Under the pieces are notes generated by a model. That model did no database searches, had not been told where the DNA came from, and saw only the letters and a program-made list of their open reading frames with translations. DNA of 64,000 nucleotides from assembly GCA_963674745.2 (NCBI GenBank), contig CAXXDV010000001.1, forward strand, positions 2,464,001 through 2,528,000. Direction: 5' to 3'. Origin of the DNA: Desulfosudaceae bacterium (GTDB taxonomy: Bacteria > Desulfobacterota > Desulfobacteria > Desulfobacterales > Desulfosudaceae). Below, piece after piece: positions 50,313 through 62,448 of the stretch (the first letter of the stretch is position 1; the number at the start of each line of letters is the position of its first letter). A program made the translations under genes and the position numbers.

Positions 50313-50519
50313 TTAGCGATATCTACGTCGTTTGACTTCGGCGATACGCTGTCTTCTCATTGCTTCGCGCTGTTTGCGTCGCTTTAACTCGCTTGGCTTC
50401 TCAAAGTTTTTTCTGAGTCTCAAGCGCTTGAAAAGGCCGTCGTTCTGAATTTTCTTCTTCAATATTTTCATGGCCTTTTCCAGGTCATTGTCAATGACGC
50501 GAACCTCTATCTCTTTCAC
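50313..50519 (-). CDS. rpsU: 30S ribosomal protein S21
   Basis: LEKAMKILKKK...FEKPSE.KRRK. Confidence 0.93.
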   Translation of the reverse strand: MKEIEVRVIDNDLEKAMKILKKKIQNDGLFKRLRLRKNFEKPSELKRRKQREAMRRQRIAEVKRRRYR

Positions 50520-50656
50520 ATTGCCTCACCCTTTCTTTGCCTTCAAAACCGGTCGGACCTTGAAGGTTTTTTATATAAACCTTAATAAAGGTTTGTAAAA
50601 CTTAAATATTTCCCTATCAATATTATTTCTGTTTAGCAAGGAAAATATTTGTTTTT

Positions 50657-51331
50657 TTAGAGTTGAGATACCAGTTCGTCGGTTACGGTTTTTACATCCG
50701 GCTCGCCATCCAAAGGGATATATTTCATGTTGTCGTTCTTGGCGGCCAGGTCTTTGAAATAATAGGCGGCTGCCAGGGTGCCGGTGTCGGAATCATAGTA
50801 AATGGCATGCCGTTTGCTGATGGCGCCTTCGTCCTGATCGTCGTCTCTGGTTTTCAGGTCGCCGCCGCAGACCCGACACTTGTCGCCGTCAGGTTTGATG
50901 GCGTCGATGAAAATATTGTTGGGATGGTTGTTGTCGTTGACGCAAAGCCGACGGCCCATGATTCTGTTTTTGGCGATTTCACGATCCAGTACGATTTCCA
51001 CTACGATATCAAGCGTCATCCCTTTTTCCTTCAGGGCTTCATCCAGTTTTTCGGCCTGGACTTTGTTTCTGGGAAAGCCGTCCAGCAACCAGCCTTTTTG
51101 GCAGTCATCCTGCTGCAGGCGGTCAAGGATCATGGGAATGGTAATCTCGTCCGGTACCAGGTCTCCCCGGTCGATATAGCCTTTGGCTTCTTTACCCAAA
51201 TCGGTGCCATTGGAAATGTTGTCCCGGAAGATAGCGCCGGATTCTATGTGAGGCAGGTCGTATTTCTTTTTTAAGATGGCGCCCTGGGTGCCCTTGCCGC
51301 TTCCGTTCGGACCAAAAAATAAAATATTCAT
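50657..51331 (-). CDS. adk: Adenylate kinase
   Basis: GPNGSGKGTQ, GDLVPD and LDGFPR. Confidence 0.96.
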   Translation of the reverse strand: MNILFFGPNGSGKGTQGAILKKKYDLPHIESGAIFRDNISNGTDLGKEAKGYIDRGDLVPDEITIPMILDRLQQDDCQKGWLLDGFPRNKVQAEKLDEALKEKGMTLDIVVEIVLDREIAKNRIMGRRLCVNDNNHPNNIFIDAIKPDGDKCRVCGGDLKTRDDDQDEGAISKRHAIYYDSDTGTLAAAYYFKDLAAKNDNMKYIPLDGEPDVKTVTDELVSQL

Positions 51332-51786
51332 GCTGTCTTCTCCTTGTTATGAAATGTTTGACAACTTGGTCAGGCCGTCACTGTTGACGGCAAAAAAGAA
51401 TTTCTATAAAAATTATCCGTGCTTGTCAAGGTATGGATGATTTTTTTGCCAGGCGTCCGGGTCCGGGGGGGGGAGAATAATGGATCGAAATCCGTATGGA
51501 AAATGCGGAAAACACTTGACATGGTTATTTCGTTTTTTTATATCAGAGTTGAGCATGTGATTTACCAGCCTTTTGATGAATACCTAATAACTGCTGATTA
51601 AAGCAGGTTTTCAAAATTTTTTCGCAGGACAATCAAAAGTCAGGTTCTATTCAGGCGGATTGATGTTATCACGTCAAGCGCCCCCCGGCATTTTAATTCG
51701 GACGGGTTCGCCACGAATAACGGGTTGCCGACAAGGCAATACGGATACCGGCATAAAAAATTATAGTAATAAAAGGTGACGAGTGT

Positions 51787-53031
51787 ATGAATTTATCGGA
51801 ATTGAAAAAAAAGAAGATGGACGAGCTCAAAACAATCGCCAACGAGTATAAGATCGATTACGCGGGATTGAAGAAGCAGGAGTTGATTTTTTCCATACTG
51901 CAGCACGAAGCTGAAAACAACGGTTATATCTTTGGCGAAAGCACACTGGAAGTGCTGGCTGACGGTTTCGGCTTTTTACGGTCCCCGGATTACAGTTACC
52001 TGCCGGGACTGGATGATATTTATGTTTCACCGTCCCAGATCCGGCGTTTTAATCTGAGAACCGGAGACATCGTTTCCGGACAGATCCGTCAGCCCAAGGA
52101 GAACGAGCGATACTTTGCCCTGCTGAAGGTCGAAGCCATCAATCATGAAGACCCGGAAGTCGCCCGGGAAAAGACTTTTTTCGATAACCTGACCCCTCTT
52201 TTTCCCAACCAGAAAGTCAACCTGGAAAGGGAGTCAGATAATTATTCCATGCGCATAATGGACCTGCTGACGCCGATCGGATTCGGTCAGCGGGGATTGA
52301 TCGTGTCACCTCCCCGGGCCGGTAAAACCATGCTGCTGCAGAATATCGCCAACAGCATTATCGCCAGCCACAAAAAAGTCGTTCCGTTTATCCTTTTAAT
52401 TGATGAACGTCCTGAAGAAGTAACCGACATGCAGCGCTCGGTTGCTGCCGAAGTCATCAGTTCCACCTTTGACGAACCGGCTGAACGTCATGTCCAGGTG
52501 GCGGAAATGGTGATCGAAAAAGCCAAACGTCAGGTGGAGCACAAAAAAGACGTGGTCATCCTGCTTGACAGTATTACCCGGCTGGCGCGGGCCTATAACT
52601 CTGTTGTCCCCTCCAGCGGCAAGGTCCTTTCCGGTGGTGTGGATTCCAACGCCCTGCATCGCCCCAAACGGTTTTTCGGCGCGGCCCGTAATATTGAAGA
52701 GGGCGGCAGCCTGACCATTATCGCCACGGCCCTGGTTGATACCGGCAGCCGCATGGACGAAGTGATTTTCGAGGAGTTTAAGGGGACCGGCAACATGGAG
52801 CTTCAACTGGACAGAAAACTGGCCGACAGGAGGGTTTATCCGGCCATTGATATCAACCGGTCGGGTACCCGCAAGGAGGAACTGCTGGTTGAAAAAAGTG
52901 TGCTAAACCGGGTCTGGGTGCTGCGAAAATTGCTGGCCTCATTAAATTCTGTTGATGGAATGGAGTTTTTACTTGATAAAATGGGCAGCACGAAGGATAA
53001 TAAAGATTTTTTACAGGCAATGAATTCGTAA
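51787..53031 (+). CDS. rho: Transcription termination factor Rho
   Basis: [35 protein letters not shown] and EEFKGTGN. Confidence 0.98.
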   Translation: MNLSELKKKKMDELKTIANEYKIDYAGLKKQELIFSILQHEAENNGYIFGESTLEVLADGFGFLRSPDYSYLPGLDDIYVSPSQIRRFNLRTGDIVSGQIRQPKENERYFALLKVEAINHEDPEVAREKTFFDNLTPLFPNQKVNLERESDNYSMRIMDLLTPIGFGQRGLIVSPPRAGKTMLLQNIANSIIASHKKVVPFILLIDERPEEVTDMQRSVAAEVISSTFDEPAERHVQVAEMVIEKAKRQVEHKKDVVILLDSITRLARAYNSVVPSSGKVLSGGVDSNALHRPKRFFGAARNIEEGGSLTIIATALVDTGSRMDEVIFEEFKGTGNMELQLDRKLADRRVYPAIDINRSGTRKEELLVEKSVLNRVWVLRKLLASLNSVDGMEFLLDKMGSTKDNKDFLQAMNS

Positions 53032-53087
53032 TCAGTTAGATACAGATTTATTTGCTGATAAGACGGTCCCGATGAGGAGGAAGCAAA

Positions 53088-53327
53088 ATGAAAAAAGACA
53101 TTCACCCGGAATATTTCCAGGCCAACGCACGGTGCGTTTGCGGCAATGAGTTTACGGTCGGATCGACGAAAGAATCCATCAGTGTCGAAATCTGCTCGCA
53201 GTGTCATCCGTTTTTTACGGGCAAGCAGAAGCTGGTTGATACGGCCGGGCGGATCGAACGGTTCCGCAGGAAATACGCCAAGTTTGAAGAGCAGAAAAAA
53301 CAACAGCCTGCTGCTGATAACGAATAA
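53088..53327 (+). CDS. rpmE: 50S ribosomal protein L31 (Zn-binding type)
   Basis: [13 protein letters not shown] and [12 protein letters not shown]. Confidence 0.96.
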   Translation: MKKDIHPEYFQANARCVCGNEFTVGSTKESISVEICSQCHPFFTGKQKLVDTAGRIERFRRKYAKFEEQKKQQPAADNE

Positions 53328-53362
53328 TAACGGGTTTTGACATCGGTTAAATAAGACTGCAG

Positions 53363-54442
53363 ATGTTTGACAAACTACAAGAGGTGGAAAGCCGTTATTC
53401 AGAGCTGGAAACCCTTATGTCGGATCCGGATGTTATTAATAACAGGGCGATGTATCTGCGTTACAGCCAGGAGCATTCGGAACTTTCAAAACTTGTTGAA
53501 GTCTTTCGCAAATATAAGAAAACAAGCGAAGAACTGGCGGAAAGCCGTGAACTGTTAAATGATCAGGATGCCGACATCAAGGAACTGGCCCGGCAGGAAG
53601 TAGAATCCCTGACGGCCGAAGAAGAACGCCTGCAGGATGAATTAAAAACCCTTCTTACCCCCAAAGATCCCAATGATTCCAAAAATGTAATCATCGAAAT
53701 CCGGGCCGGTACCGGCGGTGAGGAAGCGGCCCTTTTTGTTTATGATCTTTTCCGGATGTATTCGCGGTTTGTTGAAAACAAGGGCTGGAAAGCGGAGATC
53801 ATGAACAGCCATGAGACCGGCACCGGCGGTTTCAAGGAAGTGGTCTTCATGGTCTATGGTAAGGGGGCTTACAGCTTTTTCAAGTTTGAAAGCGGCACCC
53901 ACCGGGTGCAGCGGGTTCCGGAGACCGAAGCCCAGGGCAGGGTGCACACCTCGGCGGTTACGGTGGCGGTTTTGCCCGAAGCCGAAGAAGTCGAACTCGA
54001 GATTGATCCCTCGGAAATCCGCACGGATGTTTTCAGGTCCAGCGGACCGGGCGGACAATCGGTCAATACCACGGATTCGGCCGTCCGTTTGACCCATCTG
54101 CCGACCGGTCTGGTGGTGACCTGCCAGGATGAAAAATCCCAGTTGAAAAACAAAAACAAGGCGATGAAAGTACTGCGGGCGCGGCTTTTGGATAAAATGA
54201 TCCAGGAACAGAATGATCAGCGGGATGAGGCCCGAAAAGGGCAGGTCGGCAGCGGCGATCGAAGCGGCCGTATCCGGACCTACAATTTTCCCCAGGGCAG
54301 GGTAACCGATCATCGCGCGGGAATTACGCTTTATAAACTGGAGGCCATTCTCCAGGGCGAACTGAATGATCTTTTTGAAGGCCTGACCACTTATTTTAAC
54401 ACCCAGCAGATCCAGACGCTGGACACCGGCAATGCCAACTGA
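53363..54442 (+). CDS. prfA: Peptide chain release factor 1
   Basis: [16 protein letters not shown] and GPGGQSVN. Confidence 0.97.
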   Translation: MFDKLQEVESRYSELETLMSDPDVINNRAMYLRYSQEHSELSKLVEVFRKYKKTSEELAESRELLNDQDADIKELARQEVESLTAEEERLQDELKTLLTPKDPNDSKNVIIEIRAGTGGEEAALFVYDLFRMYSRFVENKGWKAEIMNSHETGTGGFKEVVFMVYGKGAYSFFKFESGTHRVQRVPETEAQGRVHTSAVTVAVLPEAEEVELEIDPSEIRTDVFRSSGPGGQSVNTTDSAVRLTHLPTGLVVTCQDEKSQLKNKNKAMKVLRARLLDKMIQEQNDQRDEARKGQVGSGDRSGRIRTYNFPQGRVTDHRAGITLYKLEAILQGELNDLFEGLTTYFNTQQIQTLDTGNAN

Positions 54443-55328
54443 TACTTCCCCCCGAACAATTCTTGATGTTCTCAAGTTAACGACCGGTTTTTTTTGCGAC
54501 CGTTGTATTGAAAGCTCCAGAATTTCAGCCGAGCTTCTGCTGGCCCATGTGCTGAATGTCAATCGCCTTGATCTGTATCTTCGATTTGACCAGCCGCTTT
54601 ATGATGAGGAATTGGACCGCTACCGGGAGTTGATTCGTCGCCGTTTGCGACGTGAGCCCGTGGCCTATATCACGGGCACCAAATCTTTCTGGGACCTGAC
54701 CATCGAAGTCACACCGGATGTTCTGATACCGCGCCCCGATACGGAAACGCTGGTGGAAACCGCCCTGGCCCGGATATCCCGTCTCACCGCCTCGCTTGAC
54801 CGGATGCCGGTAATTTTTGAACCGGCCACCGGTTCCGGTGCCGTGATTTGCTCGTTGGCGGCAAATGCGCCGGGCAGCCGGTTTTTTGCATCTGATGTTT
54901 CTATCCCGGCACTTGGTGTTGCCCGGCGGAACGCCCGGCGGAACGGATTGGATGATAAAATCTGTTTTTTTGCCGCTGACTGGTTTTCAGGCATCAAGTC
55001 CAATATGCCCCGGTTTGACATGATTGTCGTAAACCCTCCCTATGTGCCTTTTGGCGAAATTGCCGGCCTGGAGCCGGAAGTCAGAGACCATGAACCGATA
55101 AAAGCCCTGAATGGGGGTGCTGACGGACTTGATTGTATCCGACAGATAATTGATTCGGCCGGTGGCTTTTTAACGGCCGGGGGGCTTCTGCTGATTGAAA
55201 TCGGCTGGGACCAGCTGCCCCGGGTTCAGGCCCTGGCCGAGAAATCCGCCTGGTGCGACGATTTTATGTCCGTCAAAGACCTGGCCGGTCATGACCGGGT
55301 CGTCAGATTACTGAAAAAGACCGGCTGA
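54432..55328 (+). CDS. prmC: Release factor glutamine methyltransferase
   Basis: [21 protein letters not shown] and NPPY. Confidence 0.95.
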   Translation: MPTDTSPRTILDVLKLTTGFFCDRCIESSRISAELLLAHVLNVNRLDLYLRFDQPLYDEELDRYRELIRRRLRREPVAYITGTKSFWDLTIEVTPDVLIPRPDTETLVETALARISRLTASLDRMPVIFEPATGSGAVICSLAANAPGSRFFASDVSIPALGVARRNARRNGLDDKICFFAADWFSGIKSNMPRFDMIVVNPPYVPFGEIAGLEPEVRDHEPIKALNGGADGLDCIRQIIDSAGGFLTAGGLLLIEIGWDQLPRVQALAEKSAWCDDFMSVKDLAGHDRVVRLLKKTG

Positions 55329-55592
55329 ATTTTTAACCGGGACCTTGCATGCCCGCCAGTTGAAAAAATTACAGCCTGGTGCCGGTTGTCATCGCCGTGC
55401 CGAAAATTTGGTGTTTCTATCATCTTATTGATTTTATATGATATATTAAAAAATTTGAGCGGCTCAATGTGCCGGCGGGGTGTTGAATGCACCGGAATTT
55501 TATTTTTTATCACACAATCTAAAAAAAATGTTGTTTTGAAGGTGTGATGTTTGATATTATCCGACATTTATAGATTGGATAGGACTTTAAAA

Positions 55593-55670
55593 ACACACGT
55601 TTTCCGACCGCTTGCCGGTGTGTCCGCCAAGGCGGGTTCGGCGTCGGGATGAAGAAAACGGAGGCACAAC
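55593..55670 (+). ncRNA. rpsB 5' leader (S2 autoregulatory RNA element)
   Basis: ACACAC...GCCGGTGTG...TCGGC...GGAGGC with pairing CGTTTTC/GAAAACG, directly upstream of rpsB. Confidence 0.7.
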
Positions 55671-55693
55671 AACACATTTAAAGGAGATGAAGC

Positions 55694-56620
55694 ATGAGTT
55701 ACGTAACAATGAAGGAACTGCTGGAAGCCGGAGCGCATTTCGGGCATCAGACCCGTCGCTGGAACCCCAAGATGAAACCCTACATTTTTGGCGCCCGTAA
55801 CGGGATCTATATTATTGATCTTCAAAAGACGGTCCGTTTGTTCAAGAACGCTTACGATTTTGTGACCCAGGTCGTCGAAAGCGGCAAACCGGTGCTTTTT
55901 GTCGGAACCAAAAAACAGGCCCGGGAAGCGATTTATGAAGAGGCCAATCGCGCTGAAATGTATTATGTCCATAACCGCTGGCTGGGCGGCATGCTGACAA
56001 ATTTTCAGACCATTAAAAAGAGTATTGATCAGTTGCAGCACCTCAATGAGATTATAAACGATGGTTCCATCGAAATGTATCCCAAGAAGGAACAGTCCAA
56101 GCTGACCAAATCCCGCACCAAGCTGGACAGCGTTCTGGGTGGTATCCAGCATATGGCAAAGTTGCCGGGTGCCCTGTTTGTGGTTGATACCCGCAAAGAG
56201 GCGATTGCCGTAAGGGAAGCCAGGCGCCTGGGCATACCGGTGGTGGCGATTGTCGATACCAATTGCGATCCGGATGAGATCGATTACCTTGTCCCCGGCA
56301 ATGATGACGCCATTCGGGCCATTCGCCTGGTCACGTCAAAAATTGCGGATGCCTGCCTGGAAGGCGCGCAGCGCCGGGCAGAGAAGAAACAGGCGGCTGT
56401 CGACAAAGAAGCGGCGCCGGAAAAAGTGGTTGAAGAAAAACCGGCAGAGGAAACGCTTCAGCCCGGTGAACGGGAAGTCCTTTCAGATGGAAGTGACGGT
56501 CCGATTGTTGAGCGCATCAGAAAATCCGGTTTTTCTTCGATTGCGGATTTTCAGGATGATGAAGAAGACGATCAGTTGGAAAATAATGACGCAGACAACC
56601 AGGAAGCAACAGAGGAGTAA
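55694..56620 (+). CDS. rpsB: 30S ribosomal protein S2 with acidic C-terminal extension
   Basis: [34 protein letters not shown] and PGNDD. Confidence 0.98.
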   Translation: MSYVTMKELLEAGAHFGHQTRRWNPKMKPYIFGARNGIYIIDLQKTVRLFKNAYDFVTQVVESGKPVLFVGTKKQAREAIYEEANRAEMYYVHNRWLGGMLTNFQTIKKSIDQLQHLNEIINDGSIEMYPKKEQSKLTKSRTKLDSVLGGIQHMAKLPGALFVVDTRKEAIAVREARRLGIPVVAIVDTNCDPDEIDYLVPGNDDAIRAIRLVTSKIADACLEGAQRRAEKKQAAVDKEAAPEKVVEEKPAEETLQPGEREVLSDGSDGPIVERIRKSGFSSIADFQDDEEDDQLENNDADNQEATEE

Positions 56621-56626
56621 ATAAAA

Positions 56627-57223
56627 ATGGGAACAATCAGTGCCAGCATGGTGAAACAGCTTCGAGAGCAGACCGGTGCGGGAATGATGGATTGCAAGGA
56701 AGCGTTGACCACGTGCGATGGAGATATCGAAAAAGCAGTTGATTTTTTAAGAAAAAAAGGGCTGGCCAAGGCGGCCAAACGCGCCGGCCGGGATACCGCT
56801 GAAGGTGTCGTCGAATCTTACATCCATATGGGCGGCAAGATCGGTGTCATGGTCGAAGTGAACTGTGAATCGGATTTTGTGGCCAAAACAGACGATTTCA
56901 AGGAATTTGCCAGAAATATTGCCATGCATATCGCGGCCACCAATCCGGCCGGAATCGAACAGGAAGACGTCCCCCGGGAATTGATCGAGAGGGAACGGCA
57001 GGTATACCGGGAACAAACCCTGGAAATGGGTAAACCGGAAAACATGGTGGATAAAATTGTTGAGGGAAAGCTCAAAAAATTCTTCAAGGAATCCTGTCTC
57101 ATGGAACAGGCCTATGTCAAGGATCCCAATATTTCGATTCAGGATTACTTAAATGAGACCGTCGCCAAAATCGGCGAAAGTGTTCGGATTAAACGGTTTG
57201 CCCGTTTTCAGCTGGGAGAATAA
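56627..57223 (+). CDS. tsf: Elongation factor Ts (short form)
   Basis: [13 protein letters not shown] and [10 protein letters not shown]. Confidence 0.97.
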   Translation: MGTISASMVKQLREQTGAGMMDCKEALTTCDGDIEKAVDFLRKKGLAKAAKRAGRDTAEGVVESYIHMGGKIGVMVEVNCESDFVAKTDDFKEFARNIAMHIAATNPAGIEQEDVPRELIERERQVYREQTLEMGKPENMVDKIVEGKLKKFFKESCLMEQAYVKDPNISIQDYLNETVAKIGESVRIKRFARFQLGE

Positions 57224-57228
57224 TTTTT

Positions 57229-57963
57229 TTGGATACACCCCGCTATAAAAGAGTACTGATTAAGTTGAGCGGCGAAGCGCTGATGGGTGATGAGAGCTTC
57301 GGCATCAGTCCTGAAATGATCAAGTATATGGCGGAAGAGGTGGGGTCGGTCGCCAGAATGGGCGTTCAGGTGGCCGTTGTCGTCGGTGGCGGAAATATTT
57401 TCAGGGGTGTGAAGGCCAGCTCTTTCGGTATGGATCGCACGGCTGCGGACCATATGGGAATGCTGGCCACGGTTATCAACAGCATCGCCCTTCAGGACGC
57501 CATTGAAAAAGCGGGTTTTGAAACCCGCATTCAAACGGCCATTGAAATGCATGCCGTGGCCGAACCGTACATTCTGAGAAGGGCTCTGCGGCACCTGGAT
57601 AAAGGCCGAATCGTCATCTTCGGGGCGGGAACGGGTAACCCCTATTTTACGACCGATACCGCCGCCGTACTCAGGGCGGAAGAGATCCACGCCGAAGTTT
57701 TCCTCAAGGCCACCAGGGTCAACGGACTTTATGATTCAGATCCGGAAAAAACCAGTGATGCCAGTTTTATCAAGCAGACAACCTATATGCATATCCTGGA
57801 AAACCAGCTGGGTGTCATGGACTCCACGGCCATTTCACTGGCCATGGATAACAGCCTGCCGCTGGTGGTGTTTTCTATCAAGGAACCGGGGAACCTGAAG
57901 CGGATTGTCTGCGGAGAGGATCTCGGGACGCTGATCGTCAGCAAACCCGGAGAAAAGCATTAA
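57229..57963 (+). CDS. pyrH: UMP kinase
   Basis: [15 protein letters not shown] and GNPYFTTD. Confidence 0.97.
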   Translation: MDTPRYKRVLIKLSGEALMGDESFGISPEMIKYMAEEVGSVARMGVQVAVVVGGGNIFRGVKASSFGMDRTAADHMGMLATVINSIALQDAIEKAGFETRIQTAIEMHAVAEPYILRRALRHLDKGRIVIFGAGTGNPYFTTDTAAVLRAEEIHAEVFLKATRVNGLYDSDPEKTSDASFIKQTTYMHILENQLGVMDSTAISLAMDNSLPLVVFSIKEPGNLKRIVCGEDLGTLIVSKPGEKH

Positions 57964-57986
57964 TCGATATTTTGAGGTCTCGGGCC

Positions 57987-58544
57987 ATGATTGATCTGGT
58001 TTACGAAGAAATGGAAGAGAAGATGGAAAAGACGCTCTCCACGTTTAAAGGAGAGTTGCGCAAAGTAAGGACCGGCAGGGCGTCACTTTCCATTCTAGAC
58101 GGCATAATTGTGGATTATTACGGTACCCCCACGCCCATAAATCAACTGGCGTCATTATCGGTTCCGGAGAGCCGGTTGATCGTCATCCAACCCTGGGACG
58201 CAAACGCCTTAAAAGATGTGGAAAAAGCCATTCTGCAGTCCAACATCGGGTTAACGCCGAATAATGACGGCAAGATTATTCGCCTGGCCGTGCCGCCGCT
58301 GACCGAAGAACGCCGCAAGGAAATCGCCAAACAGGTTCGCCAGATGGGGGAAGATTATAAAGTGGCCATGCGGAATATCCGGCGGGATGCCAATGAAAAT
58401 TTGAAGCAGATGAAAAAAGACGGTGATATTTCCGAAGACGAGGCCTTTTCCGGAAAAGATAAAGTTCAGGAAGTAACGGATAAATATATCGACCTGATTG
58501 ATGCGGTCTATCAGGAAAAAGAGAAAGAAATCCTTGAACTCTAA
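57987..58544 (+). CDS. frr: Ribosome recycling factor
   Basis: RTGRA, VDYYG, PPLTEERR and RNIRRDAN. Confidence 0.97.
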   Translation: MIDLVYEEMEEKMEKTLSTFKGELRKVRTGRASLSILDGIIVDYYGTPTPINQLASLSVPESRLIVIQPWDANALKDVEKAILQSNIGLTPNNDGKIIRLAVPPLTEERRKEIAKQVRQMGEDYKVAMRNIRRDANENLKQMKKDGDISEDEAFSGKDKVQEVTDKYIDLIDAVYQEKEKEILEL

Positions 58545-59277
58545 CGATTCCGCTGTGAATATTTCCGGTCCGGACAGCGGCAGGTTCCCGGCGCATGTCG
58601 CCATTATCATGGATGGCAACGGCCGATGGGCCAAAAGCCGTTCCCTTGAAAGGCTGGAAGGGCATCGTCGGGGCGTGGAGGCGCTTGAGACGATCATCCG
58701 TACCAGTGTGAATATCGGTATCTCCTACCTGACCGTGTTTGCCTTTTCCACCGAGAACTGGAACCGGCCGGAATATGAGGTGACCGGCATCATGATGCTG
58801 TTAAAGGAGTTTCTTCGCAGCCGCCAGGAAGAGCTAAGAGACAACGGTATCCGGTTTAATGTTGTGGGCAATCCCGGCATGCTGTCCGAAGATGTCCTGG
58901 ATGCCCTGGATGAAGCAAAATTACTGACAAAAGACTGCCGGAAAATGGTGCTGACCATCGCCCTGAGTTACGGCGGTCGTGATGAAATCACCCGGGCCGT
59001 AAAACAGCTGGCCCTTGATGCCGTTGCCGGACGGATTGACGTTGACGGCATCGATGAACAGATAATTTCCGGCTACCTTGACACACGGGATCTGCCGGAC
59101 CCGGATATGTTGATCAGGACCAGCGGAGAAGTGCGGATCAGTAATTTCCTGCTGTGGCAGCTGGCCTATACGGAAATTTTTATTACGGACACGTTATGGC
59201 CGGACTTCGGGCCTGACGAACTGGTCAGCCTGATAAAAGAATATCAGTCCCGGGACCGCCGCTTCGGCAAAGTATAG
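58534..59277 (+). CDS. uppS: Undecaprenyl diphosphate synthase
   Basis: HVAIIMDGNGRWA, AFSTENW and RTSGEVRISNF; start approximate. Confidence 0.95.
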   Translation: MNSNDSAVNISGPDSGRFPAHVAIIMDGNGRWAKSRSLERLEGHRRGVEALETIIRTSVNIGISYLTVFAFSTENWNRPEYEVTGIMMLLKEFLRSRQEELRDNGIRFNVVGNPGMLSEDVLDALDEAKLLTKDCRKMVLTIALSYGGRDEITRAVKQLALDAVAGRIDVDGIDEQIISGYLDTRDLPDPDMLIRTSGEVRISNFLLWQLAYTEIFITDTLWPDFGPDELVSLIKEYQSRDRRFGKV

Positions 59278-59324
59278 CAGACGCTTTGTCCGGATCCATT
59301 CTGCAACTTTGGAGGAAATAGCGC

Positions 59325-60182
59325 ATGAAAAAACCGGACGCGTCGCACATCAAACGGTGGTTAACAGGGCTCGTGTTATTTCCGCTGCTGGTTTATCTCG
59401 TTCTGGCCTCGGCCAACTGGTTCTTTGCCCTTTTCATCTGTGCGGTTTCCTGTATCGCCTTTTATGAATATTATCGTATTGTGCTGCATGTTTCCGGTGC
59501 TTCTTTTTTTACCGTTATTCCCATGGCCGGTTTTTTGACAGGTGCCGCCATTGTGCTGGTGGCCATGGCCGGTCGTTTTGATATGATCTGCATGCTGATC
59601 TCGTGTATTTTTATATTTTCCGGCGCCGGTGCGCTATGCCAGTACACAAAACGGCCCGATGCCATCGACCGGGTGGTCATGCAGGTCATGGGCGTGGTTT
59701 ACCTGTCTTTGCCCATGGCCCTGTTGGTCATGATTCACCAGGACCCTCGCGGCAACACCTGGATAATATTGCTTTTTCTTCTGGTGTTTGCCGGCGATAC
59801 CGGTGCCTATTACGCCGGTACGTTTTTCGGCAAGCACAAGCTTCTGCTCGAGGTCAGCCCCGGGAAAACAATTGAAGGCGCCTTCGGCGGCATGATGGGC
59901 ACGGTGGGCATGGGCTGTTTGGTCAACCTGGGGCTGCCGCATCTGCCGTGGGGCATGGAAATGCCCACCCGTTTTCCCTGGGGGTATGCGGTACTGTTTT
60001 TCATTATTGTCAGTATTTGCGCCCAGGCCGGGGATCTGTTTGAATCGCTGCTTAAGCGTGAGGCCGGCATCAAGGACTCGGGCGTTATTTTCCCCGGACA
60101 TGGCGGATTACTGGATCGTATTGACGGCGTTCTTTTTGCCCTTCCCATCGTTTATCTTTTCAAAACATACGTGTTTGCCTGA
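59325..60182 (+). CDS. cdsA: Phosphatidate cytidylyltransferase
   Basis: SPGKTIEG, GDLFESLLKR and KDSG..FPGHGG.LDR.D. Confidence 0.95.
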   Translation: MKKPDASHIKRWLTGLVLFPLLVYLVLASANWFFALFICAVSCIAFYEYYRIVLHVSGASFFTVIPMAGFLTGAAIVLVAMAGRFDMICMLISCIFIFSGAGALCQYTKRPDAIDRVVMQVMGVVYLSLPMALLVMIHQDPRGNTWIILLFLLVFAGDTGAYYAGTFFGKHKLLLEVSPGKTIEGAFGGMMGTVGMGCLVNLGLPHLPWGMEMPTRFPWGYAVLFFIIVSICAQAGDLFESLLKREAGIKDSGVIFPGHGGLLDRIDGVLFALPIVYLFKTYVFA

Positions 60183-61330
60183 TGAAATGTTTAACCATTC
60201 TTGGCTGTACCGGTTCCATCGGTACCAATACGCTTGAGATCGTGGCCGCTTTTCCCGAGCGTTTTGACGTCCGGGCACTTTGTGCCGGAAAAAACGTGTC
60301 CCTGCTGACCGACCAGGTGCGTCAGTTCGGACCGGAGCTGGCGGTGGTCCTGGACGAAGCAGGTGCCTGCGAACTGGATGAGCGCCTGGGCCGGGGCCAT
60401 GGGGTCCGGATTCTGTTCGGTGATGAAGGGTATCGCGAAGCGGCAACACTTTCTTCGGTGGATATGGTGGTTTCGGCCATGGTGGGAGCGGCCGGCCTGG
60501 TACCGACGGTGGCCGCCATCGAAGCCGGTAAGGCCATTGCCCTGGCCAACAAGGAGGTGCTGGTCATGGCCGGAGATGTGGTCATGTCGCTGGCGGTTGA
60601 AAAAAATGTGCCTGTTCTGCCGGTTGACAGTGAGCACAGCGCTATTTTTCAGTGTCTCCAGGGACAGGACCGACGGTTTCTGGCCAGGATCCACCTGACG
60701 GCTTCGGGCGGTCCTTTTTTGAACAGCAGCCGCAATGAGATGGAAAAAGCCGGTCCGGCCGAAGCCCTGTCTCATCCCACCTGGAAGATGGGGAAAAAAA
60801 TTTCCATTGACTCGGCCACTTTGATGAACAAGGGGCTGGAGGTGATCGAGGCGGCCTTTTTATTCGCGGTTTCGGCTGCTGATATTGAAGTGGTCGTCCA
60901 CCCGCAGAGCATTATTCATTCCCTGGTGTCCTTTGTCGACGGTTCCCTGCTGGCCCAATTATCCTTACCGGACATGAAGGGGGCCATCGCCTATGCTCTG
61001 TCCTACCCGGAGCGTCTGACTTCGGTAGAACCGACCCTGGATCTGGCCGAGCTGGGTCAAATGACCTTTGAGCGGCCGGATGATGAGCGGTTTCCCTGTC
61101 TGGGGCTGGCCTTTGAGGCGGCCCGGCAGGGCGGTACCCTTCCGGCCGTGCTGAACGCGGCCAACGAAATAGCGGTCCACGCCTTTCTGGACGAACGCAT
61201 GCCGTTTTTCCGGATTCCGGCCCTGATCGAGGATGTCATGGCCAGGCATAAGGTGATGACATCACCGGCACTGTCTGATATTATGGACGCCGACGTCTGG
61301 GCCAGGCAAACGGCCCGGGAAATGATTTGA
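60182..61330 (+). CDS. dxr: 1-deoxy-D-xylulose 5-phosphate reductoisomerase
   Basis: LGCTGSIG, LANKE, PVDSEH and NKGLE. Confidence 0.97.
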   Translation: MKCLTILGCTGSIGTNTLEIVAAFPERFDVRALCAGKNVSLLTDQVRQFGPELAVVLDEAGACELDERLGRGHGVRILFGDEGYREAATLSSVDMVVSAMVGAAGLVPTVAAIEAGKAIALANKEVLVMAGDVVMSLAVEKNVPVLPVDSEHSAIFQCLQGQDRRFLARIHLTASGGPFLNSSRNEMEKAGPAEALSHPTWKMGKKISIDSATLMNKGLEVIEAAFLFAVSAADIEVVVHPQSIIHSLVSFVDGSLLAQLSLPDMKGAIAYALSYPERLTSVEPTLDLAELGQMTFERPDDERFPCLGLAFEAARQGGTLPAVLNAANEIAVHAFLDERMPFFRIPALIEDVMARHKVMTSPALSDIMDADVWARQTAREMI

Positions 61331-61343
61331 CGGGGAGTCAGTT

Positions 61344-62399
61344 TTGACAACGTTTTGGGCGACAATTATTGTTCTGGGTGTTCTGATTTTTTTTCATGAA
61401 TTCGGCCATTTTCTGATGGCCCGACTGTTCGGCGTGGGTGTGGAGCGGTTTTCCCTGGGGTTCGGCCCCAGGATATTCGGCTTTAAACGGGGCCGTACAG
61501 ACTACCGGCTGTCGGCCATTCCCCTGGGCGGGTATGTCAAGATGGTGGGCGAAGAACCGGATGACGAGATTGATGAAGCGGATATCCCAGAGTCTTTTAC
61601 CCATCAACCGGTACTCAACCGGATGGTGATCGTGGCCGCCGGTCCTTTTTTTAACCTGTTGCTGGCCATTTTGATCTTTTACGTGCTGTTCCAGGTTTAT
61701 GGAAAGCTATGGCTGAAACCGGTCGTCGGTCAGGTCAGTCCGGACATGCCGGCCATAGCGGCCGGTCTCAAATCGGGAGACCGGATCATTGATGTTAACC
61801 GTCAGCCCGTAAAAACATGGGAGGAGATGGCCGCCATGATCGAGGGCAGTGGCGGCCGGGATCTGGATCTGGTGGTAGACCGGGAAGGGGAGACGTTTCC
61901 CGTGACGGTAACGCCGGCCGTGGTGGACGGCAAAACGATTTTCGGGGAACCGCGTAAACGGTACGTGCTGGGAATTGTTGCCTCGGGCGAGGTGGTCCGG
62001 GAGTCCGTCGGCCCGGTGAAGGCCCTGATCATGAGTCTTGAGTCAACCTGGGATATCGTCCGATTGACCGCCATTGGCGTGACCAAGATGATATCCGGCG
62101 CCGTGTCGACTAAAGAACTGGGCGGTCCTATTCTGATCGCTCAGATGGCCGGCAAGCAAATGGAAGAAGGCATCAGCAGTTTCCTGGCCTTTATGGCGTT
62201 TATCAGTATTAATCTGGCCATACTTAATTTTCTACCGATACCCGTGCTTGACGGCGGGCATCTGCTTTTTTATACCATCGAAATCATCAGGCGCAAACCG
62301 GTTGAAATCAAGACCCGGGAGATCGCCCAGCAGTTCGGCATGATCATTTTGTTATCATTGATGGTGCTGGTTATTTATAATGACATTACCCGGCCTTGA
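61344..62399 (+). CDS. rseP: RIP metalloprotease RseP
   Basis: HEFGH, PLGGYVKM, PDZ domain and LPIPVLDGG. Confidence 0.95.
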   Translation: MTTFWATIIVLGVLIFFHEFGHFLMARLFGVGVERFSLGFGPRIFGFKRGRTDYRLSAIPLGGYVKMVGEEPDDEIDEADIPESFTHQPVLNRMVIVAAGPFFNLLLAILIFYVLFQVYGKLWLKPVVGQVSPDMPAIAAGLKSGDRIIDVNRQPVKTWEEMAAMIEGSGGRDLDLVVDREGETFPVTVTPAVVDGKTIFGEPRKRYVLGIVASGEVVRESVGPVKALIMSLESTWDIVRLTAIGVTKMISGAVSTKELGGPILIAQMAGKQMEEGISSFLAFMAFISINLAILNFLPIPVLDGGHLLFYTIEIIRRKPVEIKTREIAQQFGMIILLSLMVLVIYNDITRP

Positions 62400-62448
62400 A
62401 TAACCGGGCGGATATGATAATGGTAAGTATCAGGAGGTGTTAAATCAT